IMG/VR virus record: IMGVR_UViG_3300032318_002198 | Reading direction: 5' to 3' (one strand) | Length of the DNA: 64,000 nucleotides | Source: a virus | Taxonomy: Duplodnaviria; Heunggongvirae; Uroviricota; Caudoviricetes | Part shown: piece by piece, positions 19,608 through 30,469 of the stretch | How positions within the stretch are numbered: position 1 is the stretch's first letter | Layout: the number at the start of each line of letters is the position of its first letter | Made by a program: the position numbers and the translations under genes | The notes under the pieces: model-generated | Told to the model about the DNA's origin: nothing | Database searches by the model: none | What the model saw: the letters and a program-made list of their open reading frames with translations, nothing else

Positions 19608-22550
19608 ATGGCACTAATGTCACCAGGAATTGAAGTAAATGTAATAGATGAGAGTTTTTATACTCCAGCAGCACCAGGAACAATTCCTTTAATATTTGTC
19701 GCGTCGTCACAAGATAAAACTAATGCATCCGGAACAGGAATTGCACAAGGAACAACAGCAGCAAATGCTGGTAAAGTCTATGTAATCACTAGTCAACGCG
19801 ATTTAACAGATACTTTTGGAACACCTTACTTCTATACAGATGCAAATGGTAATTCTGTTCATGGCAGCGAAATTAATGAATATGGTTTACAAGCAGCATA
19901 CAGTTTACTAGGTGTCAGCAGCAGAGCTTATATAGCAAGGGCAGACATCGACTTAGCACAATTAAATCCTACTACAGATGCGCCCACAGGCGACCCTGTT
20001 AGCGGAACGTATTGGTTTGATACTGATTCTACATTATATGGTATTAACGAATGGAATAGTACTACAGAAAGTTTTACTGTAAAAACACCGTTAATAATCA
20101 ACGACGACAATTACTTAACAGTAAGTTCCGGTGGAACCCCGAATAGCGATTTTGGTGATCAAGGTGACTATGCAATTTACGCTACTGCCAGCGGTTTGGT
20201 AAAATTATGGTATAAAACTACAGCAACAACCAATCCATGGGTAGCAGTATCTCAAGGGTTCAATGGTGGTAAAGAAGTAGCAATTACTCCTCACACTCAA
20301 TATCCGGAATGGACTTCGGCAAATCTTACAGGCAGTGTTTGGATTAAAACAACTACTCCTAGCAAAGGAGCAAACTATTCTGTTAAGTATTATAACGGTA
20401 CTACACAAACATGGTCTACCATTCCCGCACCAATTTATAATAATGCACTAAAATCATTTGATGGTCTTGACCTTGCAGGCGGCGGAAAAAATATTGCTGC
20501 TGGAACCGTATTTGTCGAATCAAGCCCTAGCCAACAAGGCATGGATACAACTGCTGAATTTAGAATAATGAGGCGCAACAGTGTCGGAAATACCGCGGTA
20601 ACCTCCAATGCTAATACAGCTACAAATGTGTCTACTGCAACTTTCTTTATTAGGGAAACTGTTAAGGTCGGATCTACTTGGACATGGTCAAGTACAGTTA
20701 CAGCAACTATTACACCTAGCACAACTACTAGTGTATTGAGCCGTTTACCCGCAGCTATTACTGGCTTAACAAACGTATCTGTTTCTTACGATAATACATC
20801 TAAGAAAATAACATTTACCCATTTGAAGGGCGGCGAAATACAATTTAGTAATGAGTTTACTAATTATGGATTAACAACGGCTAATACTAATGTTTACACT
20901 GTACTCGGTGCCAGTATTTTCACATTAGCTGGTTCAAATTGGAAGCCATTGACATTCGAATCTAAAAACAACGCACCTACTACGGATGCTCCGGATGGAA
21001 CACTGTGGTTCAACAATACTGTCGATGAAGTGGACATTATGATTCATGATGGTACTAAATGGGTAGGATATAAAAACTATGCTGCCACAAATGGTACAAA
21101 CCCAACCGGCCCTATTGTTAGTGCATTGGAACCTACTACACAATCAGACGGTACTACTGCACTTGTCGATGGTGATATTTGGATATCTACTGCCAATATG
21201 GAGAGATATGGCAAAGATATCTATGTTTACGACGGTATTAACAGCGTTTGGGTATTACAAGATGTAACAGATCAAGATAGTCCAGATGGTTGGTTATTTG
21301 CTGACGCACGTTGGGCAACAACCGGAACAACTATTACAAAATCGTCAATTGTTAGCCTGTTAAGCAGCAATTACGTTGATCCGGATTCTCCGGATCCTGC
21401 ACTATATCCAAAAGGTATGCGTTTGTGGAACACTCGTCGAAGTGGTTACAATGTTAAGAAATTTGTCAAAGGACATATTAACATTTACGCCAACAACGGT
21501 AACAATCAACGCTTCCCGTATGGTGCCGGTGAACCAATGGAAAACTATGAGACAGATCGTTGGATTAGCGCAAGTCCTAATAACGAAGACGGTTCAGGTA
21601 CTTTTGGCCGTTGGGCTCAACGAGCAACAGTGGTTAAAGAATTAAAGTCATTAATCGATACAAATGCAGCAGTTAGAGATACTGATACATTACCGTTCAA
21701 CTTAATTTCTTGCCCGGGTTATCCTGAGGCTATACAGAACATGGTTGGATTGAATGTAGACCGTGGTTTAACAGCATTTGTTGTTGGAGATACTCCATTC
21801 AGATTACAGCCTAACGGAACTGTTTTAACAAATTGGGGTAATAATGCAAGTTTAGCATTTGATAATGGTGATGACGGTGCAGTAAGTTACGACGAATATA
21901 TGGCCATGTTCTATCCAAGTGGTTACACTACCGATAATGCAGGCAATAGAATTGTTGTGCCAGCAAGTCACATGATGTTACGCACAATAATCAATAGCGA
22001 TTCTAAGAGTTATCAATGGTTTGCTCCGGCAGGTACACGTCGTGGCGGTGTCGACAATGTTACTTCTGTGGGTTATATTGATGCAGATAGCGGTGAATTC
22101 AAAACTGTCGCATTATATCAAGGTCTACGCGACGTATTAGCAGGAGTAAAAGTTAATCCAATTACAACTTTACCTGGAGTAGGTATTGTTAATTTTGGTC
22201 AATATACTCGTGCAAGAAATGCAAGTGCATTGGATAGAATTAATGTTGCTAGATTGGTTGCATTTATGCGTAGACAGCTTGAAATTCTCGCCAAGCCATA
22301 CCTTTTTGAACCAAACGATGCTCAAACACGTAGAGAAATCAAAGCAGCCGCAGAAAGTTTCTTACTTGAGTTAGCAGGTCAAAGAGCACTTTACGATTTT
22401 ATCATAATTTGCGATGAATCTAATAATACCCCGGCAAGAATTGATCGCAGCGAATTGTACATGGATATTGCGATAGAACCAGTTAAGGCTATAGAATTTA
22501 TCTATATTCCATTGCGTATAAAGAATACTGGTGAAATAGCATCAGGTTAA
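19608..22550 (+). CDS. Contractile tail sheath protein (gp18-like)
   Basis: MALMSPGIEVNVIDES; WFAPAGTRRG; RINVARL; FEPND; CDESNNTP; IEPVKAIEFIYIP; late promoter at 19572. Confidence 0.95.
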   Translation: MALMSPGIEVNVIDESFYTPAAPGTIPLIFVASSQDKTNASGTGIAQGTTAANAGKVYVITSQRDLTDTFGTPYFYTDANGNSVHGSEINEYGLQAAYSLLGVSSRAYIARADIDLAQLNPTTDAPTGDPVSGTYWFDTDSTLYGINEWNSTTESFTVKTPLIINDDNYLTVSSGGTPNSDFGDQGDYAIYATASGLVKLWYKTTATTNPWVAVSQGFNGGKEVAITPHTQYPEWTSANLTGSVWIKTTTPSKGANYSVKYYNGTTQTWSTIPAPIYNNALKSFDGLDLAGGGKNIAAGTVFVESSPSQQGMDTTAEFRIMRRNSVGNTAVTSNANTATNVSTATFFIRETVKVGSTWTWSSTVTATITPSTTTSVLSRLPAAITGLTNVSVSYDNTSKKITFTHLKGGEIQFSNEFTNYGLTTANTNVYTVLGASIFTLAGSNWKPLTFESKNNAPTTDAPDGTLWFNNTVDEVDIMIHDGTKWVGYKNYAATNGTNPTGPIVSALEPTTQSDGTTALVDGDIWISTANMERYGKDIYVYDGINSVWVLQDVTDQDSPDGWLFADARWATTGTTITKSSIVSLLSSNYVDPDSPDPALYPKGMRLWNTRRSGYNVKKFVKGHINIYANNGNNQRFPYGAGEPMENYETDRWISASPNNEDGSGTFGRWAQRATVVKELKSLIDTNAAVRDTDTLPFNLISCPGYPEAIQNMVGLNVDRGLTAFVVGDTPFRLQPNGTVLTNWGNNASLAFDNGDDGAVSYDEYMAMFYPSGYTTDNAGNRIVVPASHMMLRTIINSDSKSYQWFAPAGTRRGGVDNVTSVGYIDADSGEFKTVALYQGLRDVLAGVKVNPITTLPGVGIVNFGQYTRARNASALDRINVARLVAFMRRQLEILAKPYLFEPNDAQTRREIKAAAESFLLELAGQRALYDFIIICDESNNTPARIDRSELYMDIAIEPVKAIEFIYIPLRIKNTGEIASG

Positions 22551-22568
22551 TATAGGTTACACCTAAAT

Positions 22569-22596
22569 AAAAAGTCCGCATTGTGCGGACTTTTTT
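22569..22596 (+). terminator. Rho-independent terminator after sheath
   Basis: aaaaagtccgca-ttg-tgcggactttttt. Confidence 0.85.
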
Positions 22597-22605
22597 GTGA
22601 CTAAT

Positions 22606-22613
22606 TATAAATA
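22606..22613 (+). promoter_or_regulatory. T4-type late promoter TATAAATA
   Basis: Exact T4 late consensus upstream of the endonuclease gene. TAAATA cores also lie at 17664, 19572, 24211, 24923, 27399, 28899, 31866, 47517 and 51441, just before gene starts. Confidence 0.7.
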
Positions 22614-22646
22614 ATTGCGTAATAACATTTATTGGGATCAATTTCT

Positions 22647-24191
22647 ATGTCTATAATTTGTAAAATTTGTAATAACGAGTTTAAAAAAATTATTCCTTGG
22701 CAACATTTAAAAACACATAACATCTCTTCGAGTGAATATCGAGATCAGCATGGGTCGTTGTATAGTCAACAAACCTTAGAAAAACACAAAAACAAAGTGC
22801 CTCATAATTTAGGAAAAAAAGTAACTGATCCTGAGCAGTTAAAAAAGATAAGAGAATCAATTGCTCGTCGAGAAGAGAAATTTCACCGCGGTGAAATTTC
22901 TAGAGGAGCCAAAAAGACTCAAGAGCAGAAAGCTCTATTGAGTTTAAAAACTAAAGAATATGCTGCTCAGCATACCGATGAACTTAAACTACGAGCACTC
23001 AAAGCCACACTAACCAAAATTAATAATGGATTTGATTTTGGCTCTCCTATGCGAGGGAAAAAACATTCAGAGGATACTAAACAAAAACTCAAAATACATA
23101 GAGAACTTGCAAATAAAAAGAAATCAGAGAAGTCGTATTCTCGTATTTTCGAACTACTTGACCAATATCGATTAACATTAAAGAACTCATTAACAGAAAA
23201 TATATTAAATCTTCAATGTAATCAATGTTCTACGCAATTTTCTTTCGGTAAGCAATATTTTACACCAAGCAAGACATTTAGCCAACTTTGTCCCGGGTGT
23301 TTTCCCCGAGAGCAAATTAGAAAAAGCAAAGGAGAACTAGAACTTTTTGATTTTATTGTTTCTATTTGTCCCGACGCCGTATCTGGTCATCGATCTCATT
23401 ACCACGACAAGGAAATAGATGTGTATATTCCTTCAAAAAAAATAGGGTTCGAATATAATGGTTTATATTGGCATTCTGAATCTGTTTTGGTTTCTAATAA
23501 TAAAGACCCAAAATCTGATTTTAAAAAATATCTTTATTTCAAACAAGATCAAATAAGAGTATTTGGAATTTTTAGCGACGAATGGGAGACTCACCCCGAT
23601 ATTGTTAAAAGTAGGATTAAAAATATTCTAGGAGTTACTCCACATAAAATATTTGCACGAAAATGTACAATCAAAGAAGTTAGTGTAAAAGATGCAGCGC
23701 AATTTTGTCATGATAACCATATAATGGGTCGAGGTCGTAGCAACATCAGGCTAGGATTATATTACGATAACTTATTGGTATCATTAATGACATTTGTTAA
23801 TACAAATTTATCTAGAAAATCTAAAGTTTGGGAAATTAATAGATTTGTATCGTCGAGGGACACTGTAGTAGTCGGGGGTGCAAATAAATTATTTAAAGAA
23901 TTTTTAAAAATAAAAAACCCTCAAACGGTAATATCATATGCAGACTCGCGTTGGTCCGACGGAAAGTTATATCAGGTATTAGGATTTGAAAAAACGTCAG
24001 ACGGAACACCAAACTATTGGTATTTTTTGCCTAATGCAAAATCAAGAATTCACAGGTTCACGCTGAGAAAAAACTCATCAGACAATCCGATGCTAACCGA
24101 ATACGAAAATCGAACAGCACAGGGATATCTAAGAATATGGGATTACGGCAGCAGCAAATGGGAGTGGAATAATCAATCGAATAGGCCTTAA
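22647..24191 (+). mobile_element. Free-standing Hef-like (Vsr/DUF559-type) homing endonuclease between sheath and tube genes
   Basis: Zn fingers, NUMOD3-like GKKHSEDTKQK, EIDVYIP...FEYNGLYWH, then ARK...NH...RF...GGANKL...SYAD...IWDYG domain. Confidence 0.7.
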
Positions 24192-24239
24192 TTTTTCGAC
24201 GTCCAAATGATAAATAATTACAAACAAAGGAGCACTTAG

Positions 24240-24875
24240 ATGCCTATCGCAAGTTTAAATAGATTTACTGTACCCTTATCAACAGATCAAAGTTCTGCTG
24301 TTCAAGGCCTATTAATGCCGAAACTGAAATATCGTTTCCGAGTAACATTAGATAGCTTTGGTGTTGCTGGAACTCCAAGTACAGAATTAACAAAACAAGT
24401 AATGAACGTAACTCGTCCGGATGTTACTTTTGCTGACATAACACTTAACGTGTATAATAGCACGGTTAAATTGGCAGGAAAACCAACATTTGCAAATGCA
24501 ACATTAACACTTCGTGATGATGTTACTGGTGCAACTACTCGTAAAGTTGGCGAACAATTGCAGAAACAATTTGATTTCTTTGAACAAAGTAGTGCTGCTA
24601 GCGGTATTGACTATAAGTTTAGAATGCGTGTTGAAATTCTTGACGGCGGCAATGGTGCATATGAGCCAACAAGTTTAGAAAGCTTCGAATACCTTGGATG
24701 CTATTTGCAAAACGTCAAATATCAAGGTGGCGATTACACCAGTAATGATCCAATGGATATTGCATTGACAATTTCTTACGATAATGCAATACAATTGAAC
24801 CGTCCGGGCGGCGAACGTGCTGGATTAGGTGTCGAAGTAGGACGTACAATACGTACCTTGGCACTTGGTGGTTAA
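24240..24875 (+). CDS. Tail tube protein (gp19-like)
   Basis: PKLKYRFRV, ELTKQV...RP, LAGK, YDNAIQ; SD AAGGAG; follows sheath. Confidence 0.85.
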   Translation: MPIASLNRFTVPLSTDQSSAVQGLLMPKLKYRFRVTLDSFGVAGTPSTELTKQVMNVTRPDVTFADITLNVYNSTVKLAGKPTFANATLTLRDDVTGATTRKVGEQLQKQFDFFEQSSAASGIDYKFRMRVEILDGGNGAYEPTSLESFEYLGCYLQNVKYQGGDYTSNDPMDIALTISYDNAIQLNRPGGERAGLGVEVGRTIRTLALGG

Positions 24876-24891
24876 TCGATAATCACTCCAG

Positions 24892-24916
24892 AAACCCGGT
24901 ATCTACCGGGTTTTTT
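24892..24916 (+). terminator. Rho-independent terminator
   Basis: aaacccggta-tc-taccgggtttttt. Confidence 0.8.
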
Positions 24917-24935
24917 ATTGGCTAAATAATACACT

Positions 24936-26078
24936 ATGAGCAATGCATTTACAAATTTCTTAGGTAGTGTGGCATCGGGTATTTTTGATACTTCTGCTGA
25001 TTTGAAAACATATCAACATGCAGATAGATTATATGTCAAAGATACATATGCACGTTCTCCTAAACTAGGCTTTTTATATTATGTCATTTTTGACATTAAT
25101 CGAGCTGCATTGAAAGATGCTAAATGGATTGATAGAAGTAAAAATGCTGTCGGTGTATTAGTTAAAACCATAGATCTCCCAAAGTTTCAAATTGCTGTCG
25201 AAGAAGTAAATCAATATAATCGCAAAACATTAATACAAACTAAAATTAAATATCAACCGATAAACATAACATTTCATGATGATAACAGTAACATCATAAC
25301 TGACTTGTGGAAAAATTATTATCAATATTATTTTGCAGATAGTAATTATGGTTCAACAAATAGAACAAATATAGAATCTTACCGAGATACAAAATATAAC
25401 GAAACTAGTTATACATATGGTCTAGCTAACTTTCAAAAAGATCCATTTTTTAATAAAATAGAAATATATGTTTTTCACCAACAGAAATATTCACAATATA
25501 GTTTAATAAATCCATTAGTATCGGATTGGTCTCATGATTCGTTGGAACAAGATCAAGGATCAAAAACTTTAACAAATAGAATGACAGTAAATTACGAAAA
25601 TGTAATTTACAATACTGATCCTGCTAATCGTGTTACAAAAAATAAGCCCGAAGGATTCAATCAATATTATGATAAAACACCTAGTCCGTTAAGCGTAGGC
25701 GGGAATGGTACCAACACAATATTTGGTCCTGGTGGTGTTATAGCCGGTTCCGACGGTGTTTTGGGTTCGGTAATGAACGCAAAAAGCCCATTGGATTTCT
25801 TAGGAGCAGGAATACAAGTAGTTCAATTAGGAAAAAATGTAAAATCTCTAAGTAAAGCAGGATTAAAATCTGAAGGATATAGTATCCTCGGAGGAGTATT
25901 AGGAAATATACAAACTACAGGAAATCAACCCGGGGGTGTTACTGATAGTATACGAGGATCTATTAACAACGGAAATTTTGGTGCATTGGGACAAACTGGT
26001 GTAGGGTTATTTAAAAATGCAACAGTCGATAGTACCACAACGGGTAATCTTAAAAAATTAACAAATAGAGGCGGCTAA
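24936..26078 (+). CDS. Tube-related baseplate protein (gp54/gp48-like)
   Basis: DLPKF...NQYNRK...YQPINITFHDD tube-fold motif; late promoter. Confidence 0.55.
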   Translation: MSNAFTNFLGSVASGIFDTSADLKTYQHADRLYVKDTYARSPKLGFLYYVIFDINRAALKDAKWIDRSKNAVGVLVKTIDLPKFQIAVEEVNQYNRKTLIQTKIKYQPINITFHDDNSNIITDLWKNYYQYYFADSNYGSTNRTNIESYRDTKYNETSYTYGLANFQKDPFFNKIEIYVFHQQKYSQYSLINPLVSDWSHDSLEQDQGSKTLTNRMTVNYENVIYNTDPANRVTKNKPEGFNQYYDKTPSPLSVGGNGTNTIFGPGGVIAGSDGVLGSVMNAKSPLDFLGAGIQVVQLGKNVKSLSKAGLKSEGYSILGGVLGNIQTTGNQPGGVTDSIRGSINNGNFGALGQTGVGLFKNATVDSTTTGNLKKLTNRGG

Positions 26079-26461
26079 TGGCAAAAGCAATATATAGTAA
26101 CTTACCTTCAACTACATCTAAAAAAAGCAGTAGTGATTTAACTGTTACTGCATTCGATACGTATTACTCAAAGCCATTAGAAATTAGTTCCGATGTTTTA
26201 AATGCTATAAGTGGGTATTTTCAAAACAAAGGTTTTAGCGAAGTTGCAGCAGAAAATGTTGCAATAGTTATTATTTCTCAGGCTAAAAAAGACAATTATA
26301 ATCCTATGCAAATATTAGATACATTAAAAGGATTAGATAGTGTTGAGATCAGTGCATTGGTTTCTGAAATATTAAATTACAATAGACTAAAAACTAGTTT
26401 TTTAGGGTATGCATTAAGTCCGGTTGCATTTGATGAAGTAGTAAGAAACATACAAGCATGA
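26078..26461 (+). CDS. Hypothetical virion-cluster protein
   Basis: Translationally coupled in the structural operon. Confidence 0.6.
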   Translation: MAKAIYSNLPSTTSKKSSSDLTVTAFDTYYSKPLEISSDVLNAISGYFQNKGFSEVAAENVAIVIISQAKKDNYNPMQILDTLKGLDSVEISALVSEILNYNRLKTSFLGYALSPVAFDEVVRNIQA

Positions 26462-26904
26462 GTTTACAGTTCAGTAAAGGCGCATTCAAACTCAAACACC
26501 CGGAAAAATATGTGGGCAATAGACTTCCTATATATAGAAGTAGTTGGGAGTTTTCGGTAATGACAATGTGCGACAATAATCCTGCTATTCAACAATGGAG
26601 CAGCGAGCCTGTAAAGATCCCATATAGAGATCCGTTAACTGGAAAAAATACAGTATATGTTCCTGATTTTTTGGTTGTATATGTTGATAAAAATTTAAAA
26701 AAACATGCAGAACTGTGGGAAGTTAAACCAGCAAAACAAACATTTAGAGAACAAGTAGGAAAAAATCCCTACGATCAAGCACAATTCATTAAAAATCAAG
26801 TTAAGTGGGAAGCCGCTAGTAGATGGGCTAAAAATCATAATGTTCATTTTAGAATAATAACCGAAAACGAAATTTATGTTGGTATTAAAAAAAGAAATAA
26901 GTAA
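26458..26904 (+). CDS. Head completion nuclease (T4 gp4-like)
   Basis: PEKYVG...YRSSWE...CD...WSSE...IPY...YVPDF...EVKP...KWEAA...FRIITE. Confidence 0.85.
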   Translation: MSLQFSKGAFKLKHPEKYVGNRLPIYRSSWEFSVMTMCDNNPAIQQWSSEPVKIPYRDPLTGKNTVYVPDFLVVYVDKNLKKHAELWEVKPAKQTFREQVGKNPYDQAQFIKNQVKWEAASRWAKNHNVHFRIITENEIYVGIKKRNK

Positions 26905-26922
26905 AGATAAAAGGATTACATT

Positions 26923-27405
26923 ATGACTCGCAGACTTGAAGAAATTTTAAATATTGAACCTGCAGATAAAGAACCGATTATTCACCCTGAACCCGAAGAA
27001 GTTACTTCTTCTCAAATAGATTTACAAGACAGACTAGAAGAATTTGATAAAATAGCATCTGCATTGCCAAAAGTGGTAGGATTAGGAGAGTTAGCTGATC
27101 AAGAATTAGATGATTTAGCAAAAAAAGCAGAAGAAGCATATGGCAATTTAATGGATTTAGGTATGAGTGTCGAACCAAGATATGGCACACGTATGTTTGA
27201 GGTGGCAGCACAGATGATGAACGCTGCAATAACAGCTAAATCTCATAAAATTGACAAGAAGTTAAAAATGGTTGACTTGCAACTTAAAAAACTAGCGATA
27301 GAGAAAAAATCATCAACTAAAGAAGAAACTCCTATCGAAGGAGAAGGTTATATTATTACTGATCGTAATAGTATCCTCCAAAAACTTAAGAATTTGAATA
27401 AATAA
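26923..27405 (+). CDS. Hypothetical helical protein (possible terminase small subunit)
   Basis: Helical/coiled-coil, upstream of terL; assignment by position only. Confidence 0.35.
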   Translation: MTRRLEEILNIEPADKEPIIHPEPEEVTSSQIDLQDRLEEFDKIASALPKVVGLGELADQELDDLAKKAEEAYGNLMDLGMSVEPRYGTRMFEVAAQMMNAAITAKSHKIDKKLKMVDLQLKKLAIEKKSSTKEETPIEGEGYIITDRNSILQKLKNLNK

Positions 27406-27411
27406 TTAACT

Positions 27412-27999
27412 ATGAAAAATTTTAAAGACTATCTAACCGAATCAAAAAAGAATTATGATTTTCGAGTAAAAGTTGCAGGTGAATTTACCACCGAACAAGA
27501 ATCAAAATTAAAAGATCTTTTAAACCGATATACTGTTAGTGAATTCAAAAAGAAAGGTAAAACTCCTATACAAGAGTTACCATTGGATTTCCCTCAGGTA
27601 AAAAACTGTGAAGTGAATATTTTTGAATTTACTGTTGATTATCCAACTACATCATTTGAACTAACAGAATATCTAAGTTCTGGTTTAGGATTACATAAAA
27701 AATATTTGGTTGTACGTCGTCCGGGTGAGCCCGGCGAAGAATATCAACAGCCAGTAGAGGAACGAAAAGGTGCATTATTAACAGATCCTGATTATAAAGA
27801 AGCTCCTAATGCAAAATTTGAAGATTATTACGGCGACAAATACAATAGCGGTTTTGTCAAAGAATTAAACGACCTTCTTAAACTTCAACGTAAAGAACGC
27901 GGCGAAGAAATTCCAGCAACTGAAGCAGTAAAATATAATACTGATTCAGAAGCAGGAAAAACAACTGTGTTAAAAACATCACCCGACCCAAGGAAATAA
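27412..27999 (+). CDS. Hypothetical head-associated protein
   Basis: MKNFKDYLTES N-terminus typical of T4-like internal/core proteins; late promoter. Confidence 0.5.
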   Translation: MKNFKDYLTESKKNYDFRVKVAGEFTTEQESKLKDLLNRYTVSEFKKKGKTPIQELPLDFPQVKNCEVNIFEFTVDYPTTSFELTEYLSSGLGLHKKYLVVRRPGEPGEEYQQPVEERKGALLTDPDYKEAPNAKFEDYYGDKYNSGFVKELNDLLKLQRKERGEEIPATEAVKYNTDSEAGKTTVLKTSPDPRK

Positions 28000-28001
28000 C
28001 C

Positions 28002-28850
28002 ATGCAAATGATCAATGTATTAAAACGTCTACAAGAATTAGATGAAAAAAATCCACAAGTTGTTAAAGAATCTCAACTCACCGTTGAAGAGTGTGGCATG
28101 TTAGGGATGGGTGGTATGAATCAACCACATACACCTGCAAGCATCAATATGACTGCGAACAGTGGTCCGGAATTAACAGGAATGTTGAAAGACATAATGA
28201 GTCTTGCAGGATTAAAACCTGTTGGTGATAATGACCTCGGTAATGAACCTCCTCCTGCTATTGTGAGCACAGAGCCTGGAATGAGCGTAGCAAATGTCGA
28301 TGGTGATCAATCAGTTGGCGATGATGGTATGGCAGGTAACGATACTGGTGAAGAGCCGTTTGATATGAAAAATTTGGTTGCTAAAATCGATACTTTAAAT
28401 GAACCTGCCGACGACCAAGAAGAAAAAATCAAAGAGTGGGATAACGAACCTACAGACGACGTTGACGGTCAATTAGATAACGATGCTATGTTAAATACCG
28501 GCATGCATAATCAAGATCCTGCCGGAAACCCAGGAGTTGGTGACAGAATGGACGGTGATCGCCCAAGAGCATTTACAAAAGATGCAGCATATGAATCACT
28601 AATGGCAGAATATCAAAAATTTATTAATGAAGATAAGGAAGAAGATTCTCCGTTTGCAGATTTATACAACGAGAATGACGTAGACGACGGCGAAAAAGCT
28701 CATGCAAAAATTCATACTCCGGCAGTAACAAGAAAAGCGCAAGGTGGAGACTGGAAAGTTACTAAGAAAGATTTAGAAACAGAACCAGCAAGAACTGGAA
28801 CAAGTCCTGAAGGTTTAGATGCAATTAAAAAATTAGCAGGCCTAAAATAA
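28002..28850 (+). CDS. Acidic hypothetical (possible prohead core/internal) protein
   Basis: Very acidic; LAGLK motif internally and at the C-terminus. Confidence 0.5.
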   Translation: MQMINVLKRLQELDEKNPQVVKESQLTVEECGMLGMGGMNQPHTPASINMTANSGPELTGMLKDIMSLAGLKPVGDNDLGNEPPPAIVSTEPGMSVANVDGDQSVGDDGMAGNDTGEEPFDMKNLVAKIDTLNEPADDQEEKIKEWDNEPTDDVDGQLDNDAMLNTGMHNQDPAGNPGVGDRMDGDRPRAFTKDAAYESLMAEYQKFINEDKEEDSPFADLYNENDVDDGEKAHAKIHTPAVTRKAQGGDWKVTKKDLETEPARTGTSPEGLDAIKKLAGLK

Positions 28851-28866
28851 TCAACGCATGCAAATC

Positions 28867-28895
28867 AAAATAGCCACCGCAGTGGCTATTTTTTT
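28867..28895 (+). terminator. Rho-independent terminator
   Basis: aaaatagccac-cgca-gtggctattttttt. Confidence 0.85.
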
Positions 28896-28909
28896 CATTA
28901 AATACATAT

Positions 28910-29551
28910 ATGGGCAGCAAAAATCTTGACGGAAAAATTGTAAAACAGGCACACGCCACACAACGTTTTACAGAAGAAGATTTAGAAAATCTAACTAAAT
29001 GCATGGATCCAATTAATGGTCCACATTTCTTTCTTGAAAACTTTTTCTATATACAACATCCTGTTAAAGGAAGGATGAAGTATCAGCCGTTTGAATATCA
29101 ACGCAGGCTAATAGATAGTTATCATCAACATAGATTTAATGTAAATCTGTTAGGACGTCAGTTAGGAAAAACCACAACAGCATCTGGCTATCTATTATGG
29201 TATGCAATGTTTATACCGGATAGTACAATTCTTATAGCAGCACACAAATATACCGGTGCTAAGGAAATTATGCAACGTATTCGTTATGCATACGAAATGT
29301 GTCCTGATAATATTAGAGCAGGTTGTACAAGTTATAATAAAGAAAGTATAGAATTTGAAAACGGTAGTCGTATAGTTGCACAAACAACAACTGAAACAAC
29401 CGGACGGGGTATGTCCTTGTCACTATTATATTGTTTAGACGGAGAAACGTCATTCGTTAAGGTAAGAAATAAAAAAACCCTAATTGAAGAAGAAATTTCT
29501 CTCACCGAATTATATACAAGACTGTATAATCCTGTTAAAATTATCGAGTGA
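28910..29551 (+). CDS. terL: Terminase large subunit N-terminal half fused to 39-aa N-intein
   Basis: YQRRL, Walker A GRQLGKTT, ENGS, GRGMSLSLLY, then intein block A CLDGET... Confidence 0.9.
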   Translation: MGSKNLDGKIVKQAHATQRFTEEDLENLTKCMDPINGPHFFLENFFYIQHPVKGRMKYQPFEYQRRLIDSYHQHRFNVNLLGRQLGKTTTASGYLLWYAMFIPDSTILIAAHKYTGAKEIMQRIRYAYEMCPDNIRAGCTSYNKESIEFENGSRIVAQTTTETTGRGMSLSLLYCLDGETSFVKVRNKKTLIEEEISLTELYTRLYNPVKIIE

Positions 29552-29565
29552 CGAATTTGCTTTCG

Positions 29566-29573
29566 TATAAATA
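29566..29573 (+). promoter_or_regulatory. T4-type late promoter TATAAATA overlapping a copy of the terL DEFAFV-coding sequence
   Basis: gacgaatttgctttcgTATAAATAgccgcATG. Confidence 0.75.
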
Positions 29574-29578
29574 GCCGC

Positions 29579-30469
29579 ATGAATACTAAATTAACTCAAT
29601 TCATTAAAAGAAATCAGGTGCGAAATGCACACTTATATCAACCTGGATTAACACCGGGGTATGATTATGTGGTTTGCCCGGTCAGTAATCAAAGAATGAG
29701 CATGATAAAATCTTCTTATATAGAAAAGGTGTTAGGGCTAAGAGTAGATCAATATGATCAATTATATCCTGGTGCTAAGTCTGTATGCTCTAAAAGAAGC
29801 GAAAATATTAAAACTGGATTAAAACAAATTGATCCAAATACAGGTCTAACAAAATATCAAATTTCTCAAAAAAAAGCCAAACAACTTTTATCAACTCCGG
29901 ATCAAAATGGGATAACTGGTTATCAAAAGAAAGGTCAAAAGACTCGAAATACACATATGAGTAAAATTGATCAATTTGGTAGAAATGGATATTCTCAACT
30001 AGCATCCAGGGCAATTATCAAAGGAAATAATACAAAAGCCATTAAAGGAATAATTTCCTTAAATAAGGATGTATTTAAAAGATATAAAACAATTGTTTTA
30101 TATTTAACGGAAAAACACAGAAAAAAAATAACTGTTGGGTATGTTACGGGGTTAGCAGGAAAGGAAAATGCATGGCATATTGATCATAAATTTTCAATTC
30201 TAAAAGGTTATCAACAAAAAGTTAGTCCTTTTATAATTGGACATTTGTATAATTTAGAAATGGTGCCATGGAAAGAAAACATATCAAAACATTCAAAATG
30301 TAGCATAGATTTAAAAGAATTATTATTAAAATGTGATTACAATTTAAATCAATCAAATATTGAATTCAATAAAATTATTCAGTTAATCAACGAAGATATT
30401 AAAAATAGTATTCCGCCAAATGCTGCTTATTTAATAGAAAGATACAATGGAACAAATTTATTGCCCTAA
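29579..30469 (+). mobile_element. HNH-like endonuclease gene between split-intein halves
   Basis: WHIDHKFSI...HLYNLEMVPWKENISK; basic N-terminal region; overlaps the start of the IntC ORF. Confidence 0.7.

Noticed and set aside
29552-30446. Group I intron interrupting terL
   Set aside because: Only 27 nt of non-coding space and no room for an intron core; intein motifs on both halves explain the split.
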